64,000 nucleotides of DNA. Source: Pseudomonadota bacterium. Its GTDB lineage: Bacteria > Pseudomonadota > Gammaproteobacteria > JAJDOJ01. The translations under genes and the position numbers were made by a program. Positions within the stretch are counted from its first letter, which is position 1. Every line of letters begins with the position of its first letter. The stretch spans positions 30,574-94,573 of the forward strand of contig JAYENI010000088.1 of NCBI GenBank assembly GCA_034722015.1. The letters run 5' to 3'. The notes under the pieces are model-generated. The model had not been told where the DNA came from. It did not search any database and worked only from the letters and a program-made list of their open reading frames with translations. Below are positions 20,913 through 29,319 of this stretch, one piece after another.

Positions 20913-22259
20913 ATGGCGACACCGACCGAGGGGCAGCGTGAAGGCAGCCTGGAGGCGCCTACACGACACCCGCTGGATTGGCGCAATCCGGAGTTCTTTG
21001 ACGAGGGCTCGTTGTTTTCGGAACTGGAGCGTATCTACGAAATATGCCACGGTTGTCGTCGTTGCGTCAGTCTGTGCAACTCTTTCCCGACGCTGTTCGA
21101 TCTCATCGACGAGTCGGAGACCATGGAAGTCGATGGCGTCGACAAGAAAGACTACTGGCAGGTTGTGGATCACTGCTACCTGTGTGACCTCTGTTATCTG
21201 ACGAAGTGTCCCTACGTGCCCCCTCACAAGTGGAATGTCGACTTTCCCCACCTGATGCTGAGGGCCAAGGCGGTCAAATATAAAAAGGGTGACGTCAAGC
21301 GTCGCGACAGGATACTTACCTCGACGGATACCGTCGGGCGGCTTGCGGGCATTCCGGTCGTGGTCCAGGCGGTCAATGCCGCCAATCACAACGGCGCGTC
21401 GCGCAAGCTGCTGCGGAAGACACTCGGCGTACATCCCGATGCGATCTTGCCCGAGTACCATTCGAATACCGCGCGAAAGCGCCTGTCGGGGAATCTCGGT
21501 TCTGCCGCCAACCCCGTACCGTCGGGCAGGACGCGGGGGCGTGTCGCCCTGTTCGCGACCTGTTACGGCGACCGCAACGAGCCGCAGGTAGTCGAGGATC
21601 TGGCCAGGGTTTTCGAACACAACGCAATCGAAGTGACGCTGGCTGACAAGGAACGATGTTGCGGCATGCCCAAGCTGGAACTGGGGGACCTGGAAGCAGT
21701 CGAGGTGGCAAAGGAGGCCAACATACCGGTGCTGGCGCGCATGATCGACGAAGGCTGGGACATCGTGGCGACTGTTCCGTCCTGCGTGCTGATGTTCAAG
21801 CAGGAACTCCCGCTGATGTTCCCCGACGATGAGGAAGTCGCCAGGGTTCGGGATCATTTTTTCGACCCGTTCGAGTACCTGATGATCCGTCATGCCGACG
21901 GCAAGCTGAACACCGACTTCAAGAACGCGCTGGGCAAGGTCGCGTATCACGCTGCGTGTCACCTGAGGGTCCAGAAAATCGGGCTAAAAACCCGGGACCT
22001 GCTCAATCTCGTCCCGGGCACGGAACTCGACGTGATCGAACGCTGTTCCGGACATGACGGGACCTATGCCGTCAAAGAGGAGTATCACGAGATATCGATG
22101 AAGATCTGCCGCCCGGTGGTCAATCGTGTGAAGAAGGCGCAGGCCGACCACTACTCGAGTGACTGCCCGATGGCCGGGCACCAGATCGAGAATGGTCTGA
22201 GGGACGGCAGCACACCCGAACATCCACTGTCGCTGCTGCGGCAGGCCTACGGGATTTGA
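20913..22259 (+). CDS. Fe-S oxidoreductase, HdrD/GlpC/GlcF-like: two 4Fe-4S ferredoxin motifs plus two CCG domains
   Basis: CHGCRRCVSLC and CYLCDLCYLTKCP ferredoxin motifs; CCG domains (..ATCYGDRN...ERCCGMP and ..AACHLRVQ...ERCSGHDG). Confidence 0.8.
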   Translation: MATPTEGQREGSLEAPTRHPLDWRNPEFFDEGSLFSELERIYEICHGCRRCVSLCNSFPTLFDLIDESETMEVDGVDKKDYWQVVDHCYLCDLCYLTKCPYVPPHKWNVDFPHLMLRAKAVKYKKGDVKRRDRILTSTDTVGRLAGIPVVVQAVNAANHNGASRKLLRKTLGVHPDAILPEYHSNTARKRLSGNLGSAANPVPSGRTRGRVALFATCYGDRNEPQVVEDLARVFEHNAIEVTLADKERCCGMPKLELGDLEAVEVAKEANIPVLARMIDEGWDIVATVPSCVLMFKQELPLMFPDDEEVARVRDHFFDPFEYLMIRHADGKLNTDFKNALGKVAYHAACHLRVQKIGLKTRDLLNLVPGTELDVIERCSGHDGTYAVKEEYHEISMKICRPVVNRVKKAQADHYSSDCPMAGHQIENGLRDGSTPEHPLSLLRQAYGI

Positions 22260-22279
22260 TCAAACCAGGGACATGACAG

Positions 22280-22573
22280 ATGGCAAACGAAGGCTTCCAT
22301 GAATCGATCGACGAACTCTCGGACGAAACGCGCGACATGCATCGTGCGATTGTCTCCCTGATGGAAGAACTGGAGGCCGTGGACTGGTACAACCAGCGGG
22401 TCGACGCCTGTCGGGACGAGGAGCTGCGCGCCATTCTCGCCCATAATCGTGACGAAGAGAAAGAGCACGCGGCCATGGTGCTGGAATGGATCCGGCGGCG
22501 CGATCCGTCCATGGACAAGGAGTTGAAGGATTATCTGTTTACCGAAGGTTCCATCGCCTCACTGGAGCACTAG
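22280..22573 (+). CDS. EncFtn-like (encapsulated-ferritin-like) mini-ferritin, about 97 aa
   Basis: HRAIVSLMEELEAVDWYNQRVDACRDEELRAILAHNRDEEKEHAAMVLEWIRRRD closely resembles the metal-binding core of the Rhodospirillum rubrum EncFtn as I recall it (the E...EEKEH motif); no encapsulin shell gene is adjacent. Confidence 0.6.
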   Translation: MANEGFHESIDELSDETRDMHRAIVSLMEELEAVDWYNQRVDACRDEELRAILAHNRDEEKEHAAMVLEWIRRRDPSMDKELKDYLFTEGSIASLEH

Positions 22574-22838
22574 TGCTCTATCCAGGCGATAATTACGGAT
22601 TCAGCGTTCCCCTGGTGTTTCGCAGTAAGGCGCAGCGTGCAGGCAATGGTCATTCCCTTGTCAAACGCTGCAACGCGGCTGCGGGACACCAGGGGAGCGC
22701 CCGGAGGGTTAGCTTGTCATCGCCCATGGACGGTGTTGCGCCGCTTGGAAAGGGAGCGGCCATTCCCGGCGAGGCGCGCCTTGCCATGCGCGCTGGCAAG
22801 CTTAACTGAACTCGCAATTATCACCTGGATAGAGCACT
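22572..22838. mobile_element. MITE-like element, copy A1 (about 267 bp) with 14-15-bp terminal inverted repeats (a)gtgctctatccagg / cctggatagagcac(t), flanked by TA...TA
   Basis: Inverted termini read directly; a second, shorter copy with the same termini is at 37728-37850; the left TA of the flank forms part of the TAG stop of the upstream gene. Confidence 0.6.
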
Positions 22839-22852
22839 AAGGACTGATACCG

Positions 22853-23437
22853 ATGGACAAGTTGAAACGCGAAGACCTCTATTCCCTGGAAAAGTATTCC
22901 GAGATACGGTCCGAATTCCGAAAGGGGGTTATCGCGCACAAGAAGGTCCGGCTGGTGCATGTCGGTCCCAATGTCACGATACATTTCGAAGACCAGCTGG
23001 TCATGCAATACCAGATTCAGGAAATGCTGCGCGCGGAGAGGATTTTCGAGGGTGAGGCGATCCAGGAAGAGCTGGATGCCTACAACCCGCTGATCCCGGA
23101 CGGGTCCAACTGGAAGGCAACGCTGATGATCGAGTTCGATGACGAGGACGAACGTCGGCGTCAGCTGGCCCAGCTCAAGGGTCTTGAGGCCGCGACCTGG
23201 GTTCGCGTCGGGACGCAGGACAAGGTTCACCCGATTGCGAACGAGGACCTGGAGCGCGAGACCGAGGAAAAGACCTCCTCGGTCCATTTCCTGCGGTTCG
23301 AACTGACGCCCGAAATGGTGGCCCAGGCAAAGGGTGGGGTCCCGATCGGCGTCGGTATCGATCACCCGAAATACGAGCATGAGATAGTCGCGGTGTCCGA
23401 GCCCGTACGGACTTCCCTGGTCAACGACCTCGACTGA
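22853..23437 (+). CDS. uncharacterized conserved protein (194 aa; possibly a DUF3501-type partner of the rubrerythrin / CCG Fe-S genes)
   Basis: ORF with good coding appearance, no catalytic motif recognized. The DUF3501 assignment is from memory of that family co-occurring with rubrerythrin and HdrD-like genes; unverified. Confidence 0.5.
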   Translation: MDKLKREDLYSLEKYSEIRSEFRKGVIAHKKVRLVHVGPNVTIHFEDQLVMQYQIQEMLRAERIFEGEAIQEELDAYNPLIPDGSNWKATLMIEFDDEDERRRQLAQLKGLEAATWVRVGTQDKVHPIANEDLERETEEKTSSVHFLRFELTPEMVAQAKGGVPIGVGIDHPKYEHEIVAVSEPVRTSLVNDLD

Positions 23438-23472
23438 TCCCGAAGCCATCCGGCATCCGCCGGACGGATACG

Positions 23473-25437
23473 CTATTTCCCGCCGCCCAGTCGTTTCTCC
23501 AGCAGCTCGCCCAGGCTCGCGATCGTTGGATGATCGAACAGGTCCGTGACGTCGATGGTCTCGGGAAAGGCTATCTCGATGCCTTCGTGTATCCGGGCCA
23601 GTTCGAGTGAACTCGTTCCGATGTCGAACAGGTTGTCTGCGATGCCCACGTCCTTTCCTTCCAGAACCTCGTCGCAGACGGCCTTGAGCTGGCCCTCGAT
23701 CTTCGTCAGGTCCTGGTCGTAACCTTCCTTCGGGGCCAGCGAGATTTCCTCGAGTCGGGCCAGGACATCGGCGAAATCACCGCCGCGGTAGGCTTCGACC
23801 AGCAAGTGCCGCTGGACCTTGCCACTGGTGGTCTTCGGGATCCGCTTCACCGGGATGATGTGCAGGGCCTCGAGACCGGTGTGTGCATTGAGCACGGCAT
23901 GGACTTCGCGGGCGATCCCCGTCACGTCTTGGACGTTCCCCTTATGCAGCAGGAAGACGAGTAACTCGTCGCTGTCACTCCCGTGCGGACGCCATGCCGC
24001 CGTCACGATCTTTCCGAGCTCGATCCCTGTTTCCCGCTCCACGATGGACTCGAGGTCGTGCGGGTAATAGTTTTGCCCGTTGGCGAAGATGATTTCCTTG
24101 GATCGCCCGGTCACTACCAGACCGCAATCCGTCGTGAATCCAAGGTCGCCCGTATCGAGCCATCCGTCCGGTGTGAACGCCGCGTGGTTCGCCTCGTCAT
24201 TACGGAAATAGCCCCTTGTCACGTTTGCGCCACGGATCTGGATATGGCCCACGCTCCGCTCGGGCAGGGTCGTGCCCGACGCGTCGCAGATCCGCATCTC
24301 GCAGCCCGCGACCGGCTGGCCCGTGCAAACCAGCGACAATGCCGCGGGATCGTCCCCGTTTACGATTTGCACGCCGGTCCCGGTCTGCAAGCTGTCGCGC
24401 TCGACGCTGACCGGCGTGATGCCCGTGCCCACCGCGGGGAAAGTGACCGCAAGGCTGGCCTCGGCCAGGCCGTAGACGGGAAACATGCACGACGGGTCGA
24501 GACCGTGCGGCGCCAGCGCTTCGAGGAACTCCCGGCACAGGTCGACAGAAATAGGTTCAGCACCGTTGATGATCAGGCGTATACGATTCAGGTTCAGTTC
24601 CCCGGGTGGATGCTTCCCAAGCGCCCGGAGTAGGTGCTTTAAACCGAAATTGGGCGAGCAGGTCACGCTGACGCCCAGCTCGGCGGACTTCTCGAGCCAC
24701 AGCAACGGGCGGCGGACAAACAGGTCGGTGGGCATCAGGCAGTGGTCCGCACCGGTGGCCAGGGGTGTGAGATGAAACCCGATCAGCCCCATATCGTGTG
24801 TCAGTGGCATCCAGCTCAGCCCCCTGTCCTGCCCGCTCACCCGGATGCCGGCGGCGATGGCATGAATGTTGGCGAGAATATTTTCGTGACTCAGCACCAC
24901 GCCCTTGGGCTCGCTGGTCGATCCTGATGAGAACTGGATGAAGGCGGTGTCCGCGGGGGCGGCGCTGTGCAGACGCCCCTGAGCGCCAGACAACACTACG
25001 TTTCCCGACTCGATAGTGCGTGATGACAACACCTCCGGGACCGCATCTTCTCCCGCCTCGTTTTCCAGGGTGCCGAGCCGTTTCAGGGTACTGGCGTCGG
25101 TGAAGAGCCAGGGGTCGGACAGCATCCGGAATATACGAATCAGCTTGAATCTGTGCTCGTCGCTGATGCCAGGCGCGACGGGTACGGGTACGATCCCGCC
25201 CAGGATGCAGGCCCAGAACGCGTAGAGGAATGGTTCGTTGTCGTTGACATGTATAATCAATTCGCTCCCCGGCCCTAGTCCCCGGGTCTGCAGTGCGTAC
25301 AGCAGGGCGCTTGCGCGGGTATGGAGTGCTGCGATCGGCATTTCCTGCGACCGTTCCGCGCCCGTCAACAGAATGATCCGGCCCTCCCCCCCGGCCCTTT
25401 CCGCCAGTGCTTGCGTCAGTGTTTTGAAGTTTGTCAT
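23473..25437 (-). CDS. fatty acyl-AMP ligase (AMP-binding adenylation domain) fused to a C-terminal acyl/peptidyl carrier protein domain (FAAL-ACP)
   Basis: AMP-binding motifs FSSGSTSEPKGV, YGLAEAS, DTGDLG, and KTTSGKVQR; C-terminal PP-binding motif DNLFDIGTSSLELARI (serine attachment site); start at 25437 (MTNFKT). The upstream extension in the track has no homology. Confidence 0.85.
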   Translation of the reverse strand: MTNFKTLTQALAERAGGEGRIILLTGAERSQEMPIAALHTRASALLYALQTRGLGPGSELIIHVNDNEPFLYAFWACILGGIVPVPVAPGISDEHRFKLIRIFRMLSDPWLFTDASTLKRLGTLENEAGEDAVPEVLSSRTIESGNVVLSGAQGRLHSAAPADTAFIQFSSGSTSEPKGVVLSHENILANIHAIAAGIRVSGQDRGLSWMPLTHDMGLIGFHLTPLATGADHCLMPTDLFVRRPLLWLEKSAELGVSVTCSPNFGLKHLLRALGKHPPGELNLNRIRLIINGAEPISVDLCREFLEALAPHGLDPSCMFPVYGLAEASLAVTFPAVGTGITPVSVERDSLQTGTGVQIVNGDDPAALSLVCTGQPVAGCEMRICDASGTTLPERSVGHIQIRGANVTRGYFRNDEANHAAFTPDGWLDTGDLGFTTDCGLVVTGRSKEIIFANGQNYYPHDLESIVERETGIELGKIVTAAWRPHGSDSDELLVFLLHKGNVQDVTGIAREVHAVLNAHTGLEALHIIPVKRIPKTTSGKVQRHLLVEAYRGGDFADVLARLEEISLAPKEGYDQDLTKIEGQLKAVCDEVLEGKDVGIADNLFDIGTSSLELARIHEGIEIAFPETIDVTDLFDHPTIASLGELLEKRLGGGK

Positions 25438-25642
25438 CTTTACGTGAGAGCGGAATCGGTAGTTTGAGGCCGTCGAGGGTGGTCGGGTATCGCGGCCTGC
25501 CTGGGCACGTACGGAGCCGTGAACGCGGGGCCCGCGCGCAGGTGCGGTTTTCAACGGGAATATTTTGTGCCTGGCAAGTATACGACGATGACAGGAGGTG
25601 TCGCGAGCGGCGGGCCTGGCCAGATGACGGGGCGGTCTGTCC

Positions 25643-26344
25643 GTGGCTGAGATGGCGGACGACATCGGGTTGCCGTTACACAAGCGATTGCTCTTTCCTG
25701 TCCTCGCGCCGCTTGCCGCCTGGTTGCTGAGGTTTTTCTGGTTCGTTTGCAGGGTACGGCGAATCGAGGGCGAGGAACATCTCGAGGCGCTGAATGCGGG
25801 GGGCGCCATCATCCCCTGTCACTGGCACCAGCGGCATATCTTCTGTGCGTACTATCTGGTCCGAAAACTGTCCGGCAAATACAGGATCGGATACCTTGTG
25901 AGTCCCTCCAAGGACGGGGACCTCGGGGCCATGATCCTGAGGCGACTCGGAGTGATACCGATCCGTGGATCGGCGAACCGCACGGGCGCCCAGGCCATCC
26001 GCGACATGTACCTCTGCCTCTCTCGGGACGGGGTCTCGCCCGTACTGACTCCGGATGGTTCCGAGGGGCCGATCTACAAGTTCAAGCCGGGGCCGGTGAT
26101 GCTGGCGCAATTGTCCGGGGCGCCGCTGGTCCCGATGAGCTACGCCGCGCGCAGCGCGTGGACGCTCAATTCCTGGGACCGGTTCATGATCCCGAAACCG
26201 TTCACCCGCGTGGCCATCGTGATCGGCCGGCCCCGCTACGCGGAAAAGACCGGCAGGCTGGACGGGACCGGTTCCCTGCAGGAGCAGATGGAACAGGAGC
26301 TGAACCGGCTGGGGATGGAGGCGGAGGCGGCCCTGGACGCCTGA
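25643..26344 (+). CDS. DUF374-type lysophospholipid-acyltransferase-superfamily protein
   Basis: 233 aa; the N-terminal hydrophobic segment and the GG.IIPCHWHQRHIF...GSANRTGAQAIRDM region look like DUF374/LPLAT; divergent from FAAL-ACP. Confidence 0.65.
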   Translation: MAEMADDIGLPLHKRLLFPVLAPLAAWLLRFFWFVCRVRRIEGEEHLEALNAGGAIIPCHWHQRHIFCAYYLVRKLSGKYRIGYLVSPSKDGDLGAMILRRLGVIPIRGSANRTGAQAIRDMYLCLSRDGVSPVLTPDGSEGPIYKFKPGPVMLAQLSGAPLVPMSYAARSAWTLNSWDRFMIPKPFTRVAIVIGRPRYAEKTGRLDGTGSLQEQMEQELNRLGMEAEAALDA

Positions 26345-26348
26345 CAGG

Positions 26349-26480
26349 CTGTTGCAAAACTCTCATGCGGCACCATTCGGCGTTAAAATCGGGCTCCGAA
26401 TGCTCATTTACTGCGAGTAAACTGCGCTTCCTCACCCGATATTGCCTTGCCAGGCACTCACCTGAGACTTTTTCAACAGC
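26349..26480. repeat. intergenic repeat family B, copy B1 (about 132 bp); inverted relative to copy B2
   Basis: Reverse complement aligns at about 75-80% identity with 37858-37988 (shared blocks such as GAGGAAGCGC.GTTTAC.CGCAG.AAA and TTTAACGCC.AATGGTGCCGC.TGAG). Confidence 0.55.
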
Positions 26481-26503
26481 CGGCTGGCTGCCGGCGTTGC
26501 AAG

Positions 26504-27862
26504 TCATTCGAGTGATCGCAGATGGTCGATCGCCTCGATCAACCGGTTTGCGGTAAGCACCTTGAGTTTTCCGCTGCTGCTCCTGGGGGCGTTTGCCCCG
26601 GGGACGAGGGCATAGCGGAAACCGTGTGTCTCGGCCTCCGCCAGCCGCTCCTGACCGTTGGGCACGGGCCGGATTTCCCCCGCAAGGCCGAGTTCCCCGA
26701 AGACGACCAGGTCAGCAGGCAGGGGCCGGTCCCGGAAGCTGGACAGCGCGGCCAGCACAACGGCCACATCGGCCGCCGTCTCGGTCACGCGGACGCCCCC
26801 CACCACGTTCACGAAGACGTCCTGATCGACCATCGGTATGCCGCCGTGGCGGTGCAGTATGGCGAGCAGCATCCCGAGTCGGTTCTGGTCGAGGCCAACC
26901 GAGACCCGCCTGGGGTTGGCGAGGTGGCTCTCGTCCACCAGCGACTGTATCTCCACCAGCATGGGGCGGCTCCCCTCCCGCGTCACGACGATGACGCTCC
27001 CCGACACCGGCGCCTCGTGCCGGGAAAGGAAGATCGCGGAGGGGTTGCCCACTTCCCTGAGCCCCGATTCGCTCATCGCGAACACACCGATTTCGTTGAT
27101 CGCGCCGAACCGGTTCTTGACCGCGCGCAGGATCCGGTATCGCCCTCCCGGGTCCCCCTCGAAGTAGAGTACCGTATCCACCATGTGTTCGAGCACCCGG
27201 GGGCCGGCCAGCGCCCCCTCCTTGGTGACGTGTCCGACGAGAAAGATGGTCGTGCCGCTGGTCTTGGCGAACCGTACGAGTCGGGCCGCGCTTTCCCTTA
27301 CCTGGCCGACGGATCCGGGTGCCGACTGAAGGTTGTCCGAGAACAGGGTCTGGACCGAGTCGATCACCGCGAGGCGGGTACGCTCGCGGGCCAGTACTTC
27401 GATGATCCGCTCCACGCTGGTTTCGGTGAGCAGTCTGAGATGCGGCGCCTCGAGCCCCAGTCTTCGGGAACGCAGGGCGATCTGTCCGGCCGATTCCTCC
27501 CCGCTGACGTAGAGATTCGAGTGCTGGGCGACCGTGGCGAGCATCTGCAGCAGGAGTGTCGATTTACCGATGCCGGGGTCACCACCGATCAGAATCACCG
27601 AGCCTTCGACGATGCCCCCGCCGAGCACCCGGTCGAGTTCCGCGATGTGGCTTGGAACGCGGGGTTCCTCACCGGAAGTGACCGACGAAAGCGCCACCAC
27701 GGCGGTGTTCCCGGACCCGGTCCAGCCGCCACGCCGGTCTTGCCGTGCAGGCGCGATCTCCTCGATGACGTTCCATTCCCCGCAGTCGGTGCACTGTCCG
27801 GACCACTTGCTATGCGATGCCCCGCACGAGCCGCATTGATAGGCTGGTTTCGTCCTGGCCAT
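26504..27862 (-). CDS. radA: DNA repair protein RadA/Sms
   Basis: N-terminal zinc finger YQCGSCGASHSKWSGQCTDCGEW, Walker A GDPGIGKST, Lon-like C-terminal domain. Confidence 0.95.
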   Translation of the reverse strand: MARTKPAYQCGSCGASHSKWSGQCTDCGEWNVIEEIAPARQDRRGGWTGSGNTAVVALSSVTSGEEPRVPSHIAELDRVLGGGIVEGSVILIGGDPGIGKSTLLLQMLATVAQHSNLYVSGEESAGQIALRSRRLGLEAPHLRLLTETSVERIIEVLARERTRLAVIDSVQTLFSDNLQSAPGSVGQVRESAARLVRFAKTSGTTIFLVGHVTKEGALAGPRVLEHMVDTVLYFEGDPGGRYRILRAVKNRFGAINEIGVFAMSESGLREVGNPSAIFLSRHEAPVSGSVIVVTREGSRPMLVEIQSLVDESHLANPRRVSVGLDQNRLGMLLAILHRHGGIPMVDQDVFVNVVGGVRVTETAADVAVVLAALSSFRDRPLPADLVVFGELGLAGEIRPVPNGQERLAEAETHGFRYALVPGANAPRSSSGKLKVLTANRLIEAIDHLRSLE

Positions 27863-27970
27863 GGTCTGCTCAGTTTCGGGTGTTACGGGCTGTCGTCATA
27901 CAGTGGTTCCCGGATCGTCGAACGGCGCGGGCAGGATTCGTTCCCGAACCACCGCTCGCGTCGGCGTTTC

Positions 27971-29245
27971 TCAGGAACCTTTGGTTTTTCGCCACTTCGG
28001 TCGTATCCGGACGGTAATTACCGCGTTGGCCTTTGTCTGTATCACCTCTACGGGATAGCCATTGATCATGAGACTGGTACCCGGCGCGGGGATGAACTCC
28101 ATGTGTTCCGTTACAAGACCGTTGATCGTGCGGGGTCCGCTGTCCGGAAGTTGCCAGCCCAGGCTGCGATTGAGATCCCGGATGTGTGTGCCGCCGTCCA
28201 CGATATAGCTGCCGTCGCCCTGCGGCAGGATATCCTTGTCGTAGGCGCTGGGATCGCTGGTGAATTCCCCGACAATCTCTTCCAGCAGGTCCTCCAGGGT
28301 AACGAGTCCCTGGATGTCGCCGTATTCATCAACGACGAGCCCGGAACGTTGCCTTCCCATCCGGAAATTGAGTAACTGCCGGGAAAGGCTCGTACCTTCC
28401 GGGATGAAGTGCGGATCACCAATGGCCTTCTCCAGTTCCTCGGGCGTCAGTTCGTCGCGGGACAACAGCGGAAGAACCTTGCGGACGTGGAGAAATCCCG
28501 CCACGTTGTCGATGCTGCCCCGATACACGGGAATGCGGCTGAAATGACCGTCGTGGAGTTCAGTGAGAACCTGCTCCCAGTCATCTTCCAGATCGATGCC
28601 GGTAATCTCGTTACGCGGCACCATGATGTCCTGGACGATCGCCTTTTCCAGGTCGAGAATCCCGACCAGCATCTCGCGGTGCTCCCTGGGAATCATGCCC
28701 CCGGCCTCGGTGACGACCACCCGAAGTTCTTCGCGTGAGAGGGCATGACTGTCTGCCCCCTCCGGGGAAACGCCGAACAGCCTGATAAGACCCGAGGAGA
28801 CCTTCGTCAGCAACCAGACAATGGGGTAGAGAAACCGGGACAGCGGGGTGTACACCCAGGCGGCTGGAAAGGCGAACTTTTCCGAATGCACCGCCGCCAG
28901 TGTCTTCGGCGTGATCTCCGCAAAGATCAGCAGCGTCAGCGTCAGTACCCCGGTGGCAATGGCGATACCGGCATCTCCGTACAGTCGATAGCCGAGATAT
29001 GTCGCCACCTGGGTAATGACAATGTTGACGAAATTGTTCCCCAGCAGGATCAGTGTGATCAGGCGGCCGGGGTTTTCCAGCAGTTGCTGCGCCCTTTCCG
29101 CGCCCCCGTGTCCGGTCCGCGCCAGGTGGCGAAGCCGGTAACGGTTCAGGGCGATCAGCGCCGTTTCTGAACCGGAAAAGAACGCTGACAGCAGGAACAG
29201 TGCGAAAAGGGCGAGGAACAGTGTACTGAGAGGCAGGGTATCCAA
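27971..29245 (-). CDS. CNNM/DUF21-CBS-CorC_HlyC family transporter (CorC/HlyC-like)
   Basis: N-terminal DUF21 TM domain, tandem CBS, C-terminal CorC_HlyC; 424 aa. Confidence 0.85.
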   Translation of the reverse strand: MDTLPLSTLFLALFALFLLSAFFSGSETALIALNRYRLRHLARTGHGGAERAQQLLENPGRLITLILLGNNFVNIVITQVATYLGYRLYGDAGIAIATGVLTLTLLIFAEITPKTLAAVHSEKFAFPAAWVYTPLSRFLYPIVWLLTKVSSGLIRLFGVSPEGADSHALSREELRVVVTEAGGMIPREHREMLVGILDLEKAIVQDIMVPRNEITGIDLEDDWEQVLTELHDGHFSRIPVYRGSIDNVAGFLHVRKVLPLLSRDELTPEELEKAIGDPHFIPEGTSLSRQLLNFRMGRQRSGLVVDEYGDIQGLVTLEDLLEEIVGEFTSDPSAYDKDILPQGDGSYIVDGGTHIRDLNRSLGWQLPDSGPRTINGLVTEHMEFIPAPGTSLMINGYPVEVIQTKANAVITVRIRPKWRKTKGS

Positions 29246-29319
29246 GGGGGTGGCCGGGTCATGGAAGTGCCGTCATTACACGGTGACACGGCTAGGGCTG
29301 TCAAGCGTGAAACGGGCTG

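Noticed and set aside
22853-23437. Possible encapsulin shell gene downstream of the EncFtn-like ORF
   Set aside because: At 194 aa it is too small, and it shows no similarity to the HK97-fold encapsulin (about 270 aa, Linocin_M18) sequences I know. I treat it as an unrelated conserved hypothetical protein.
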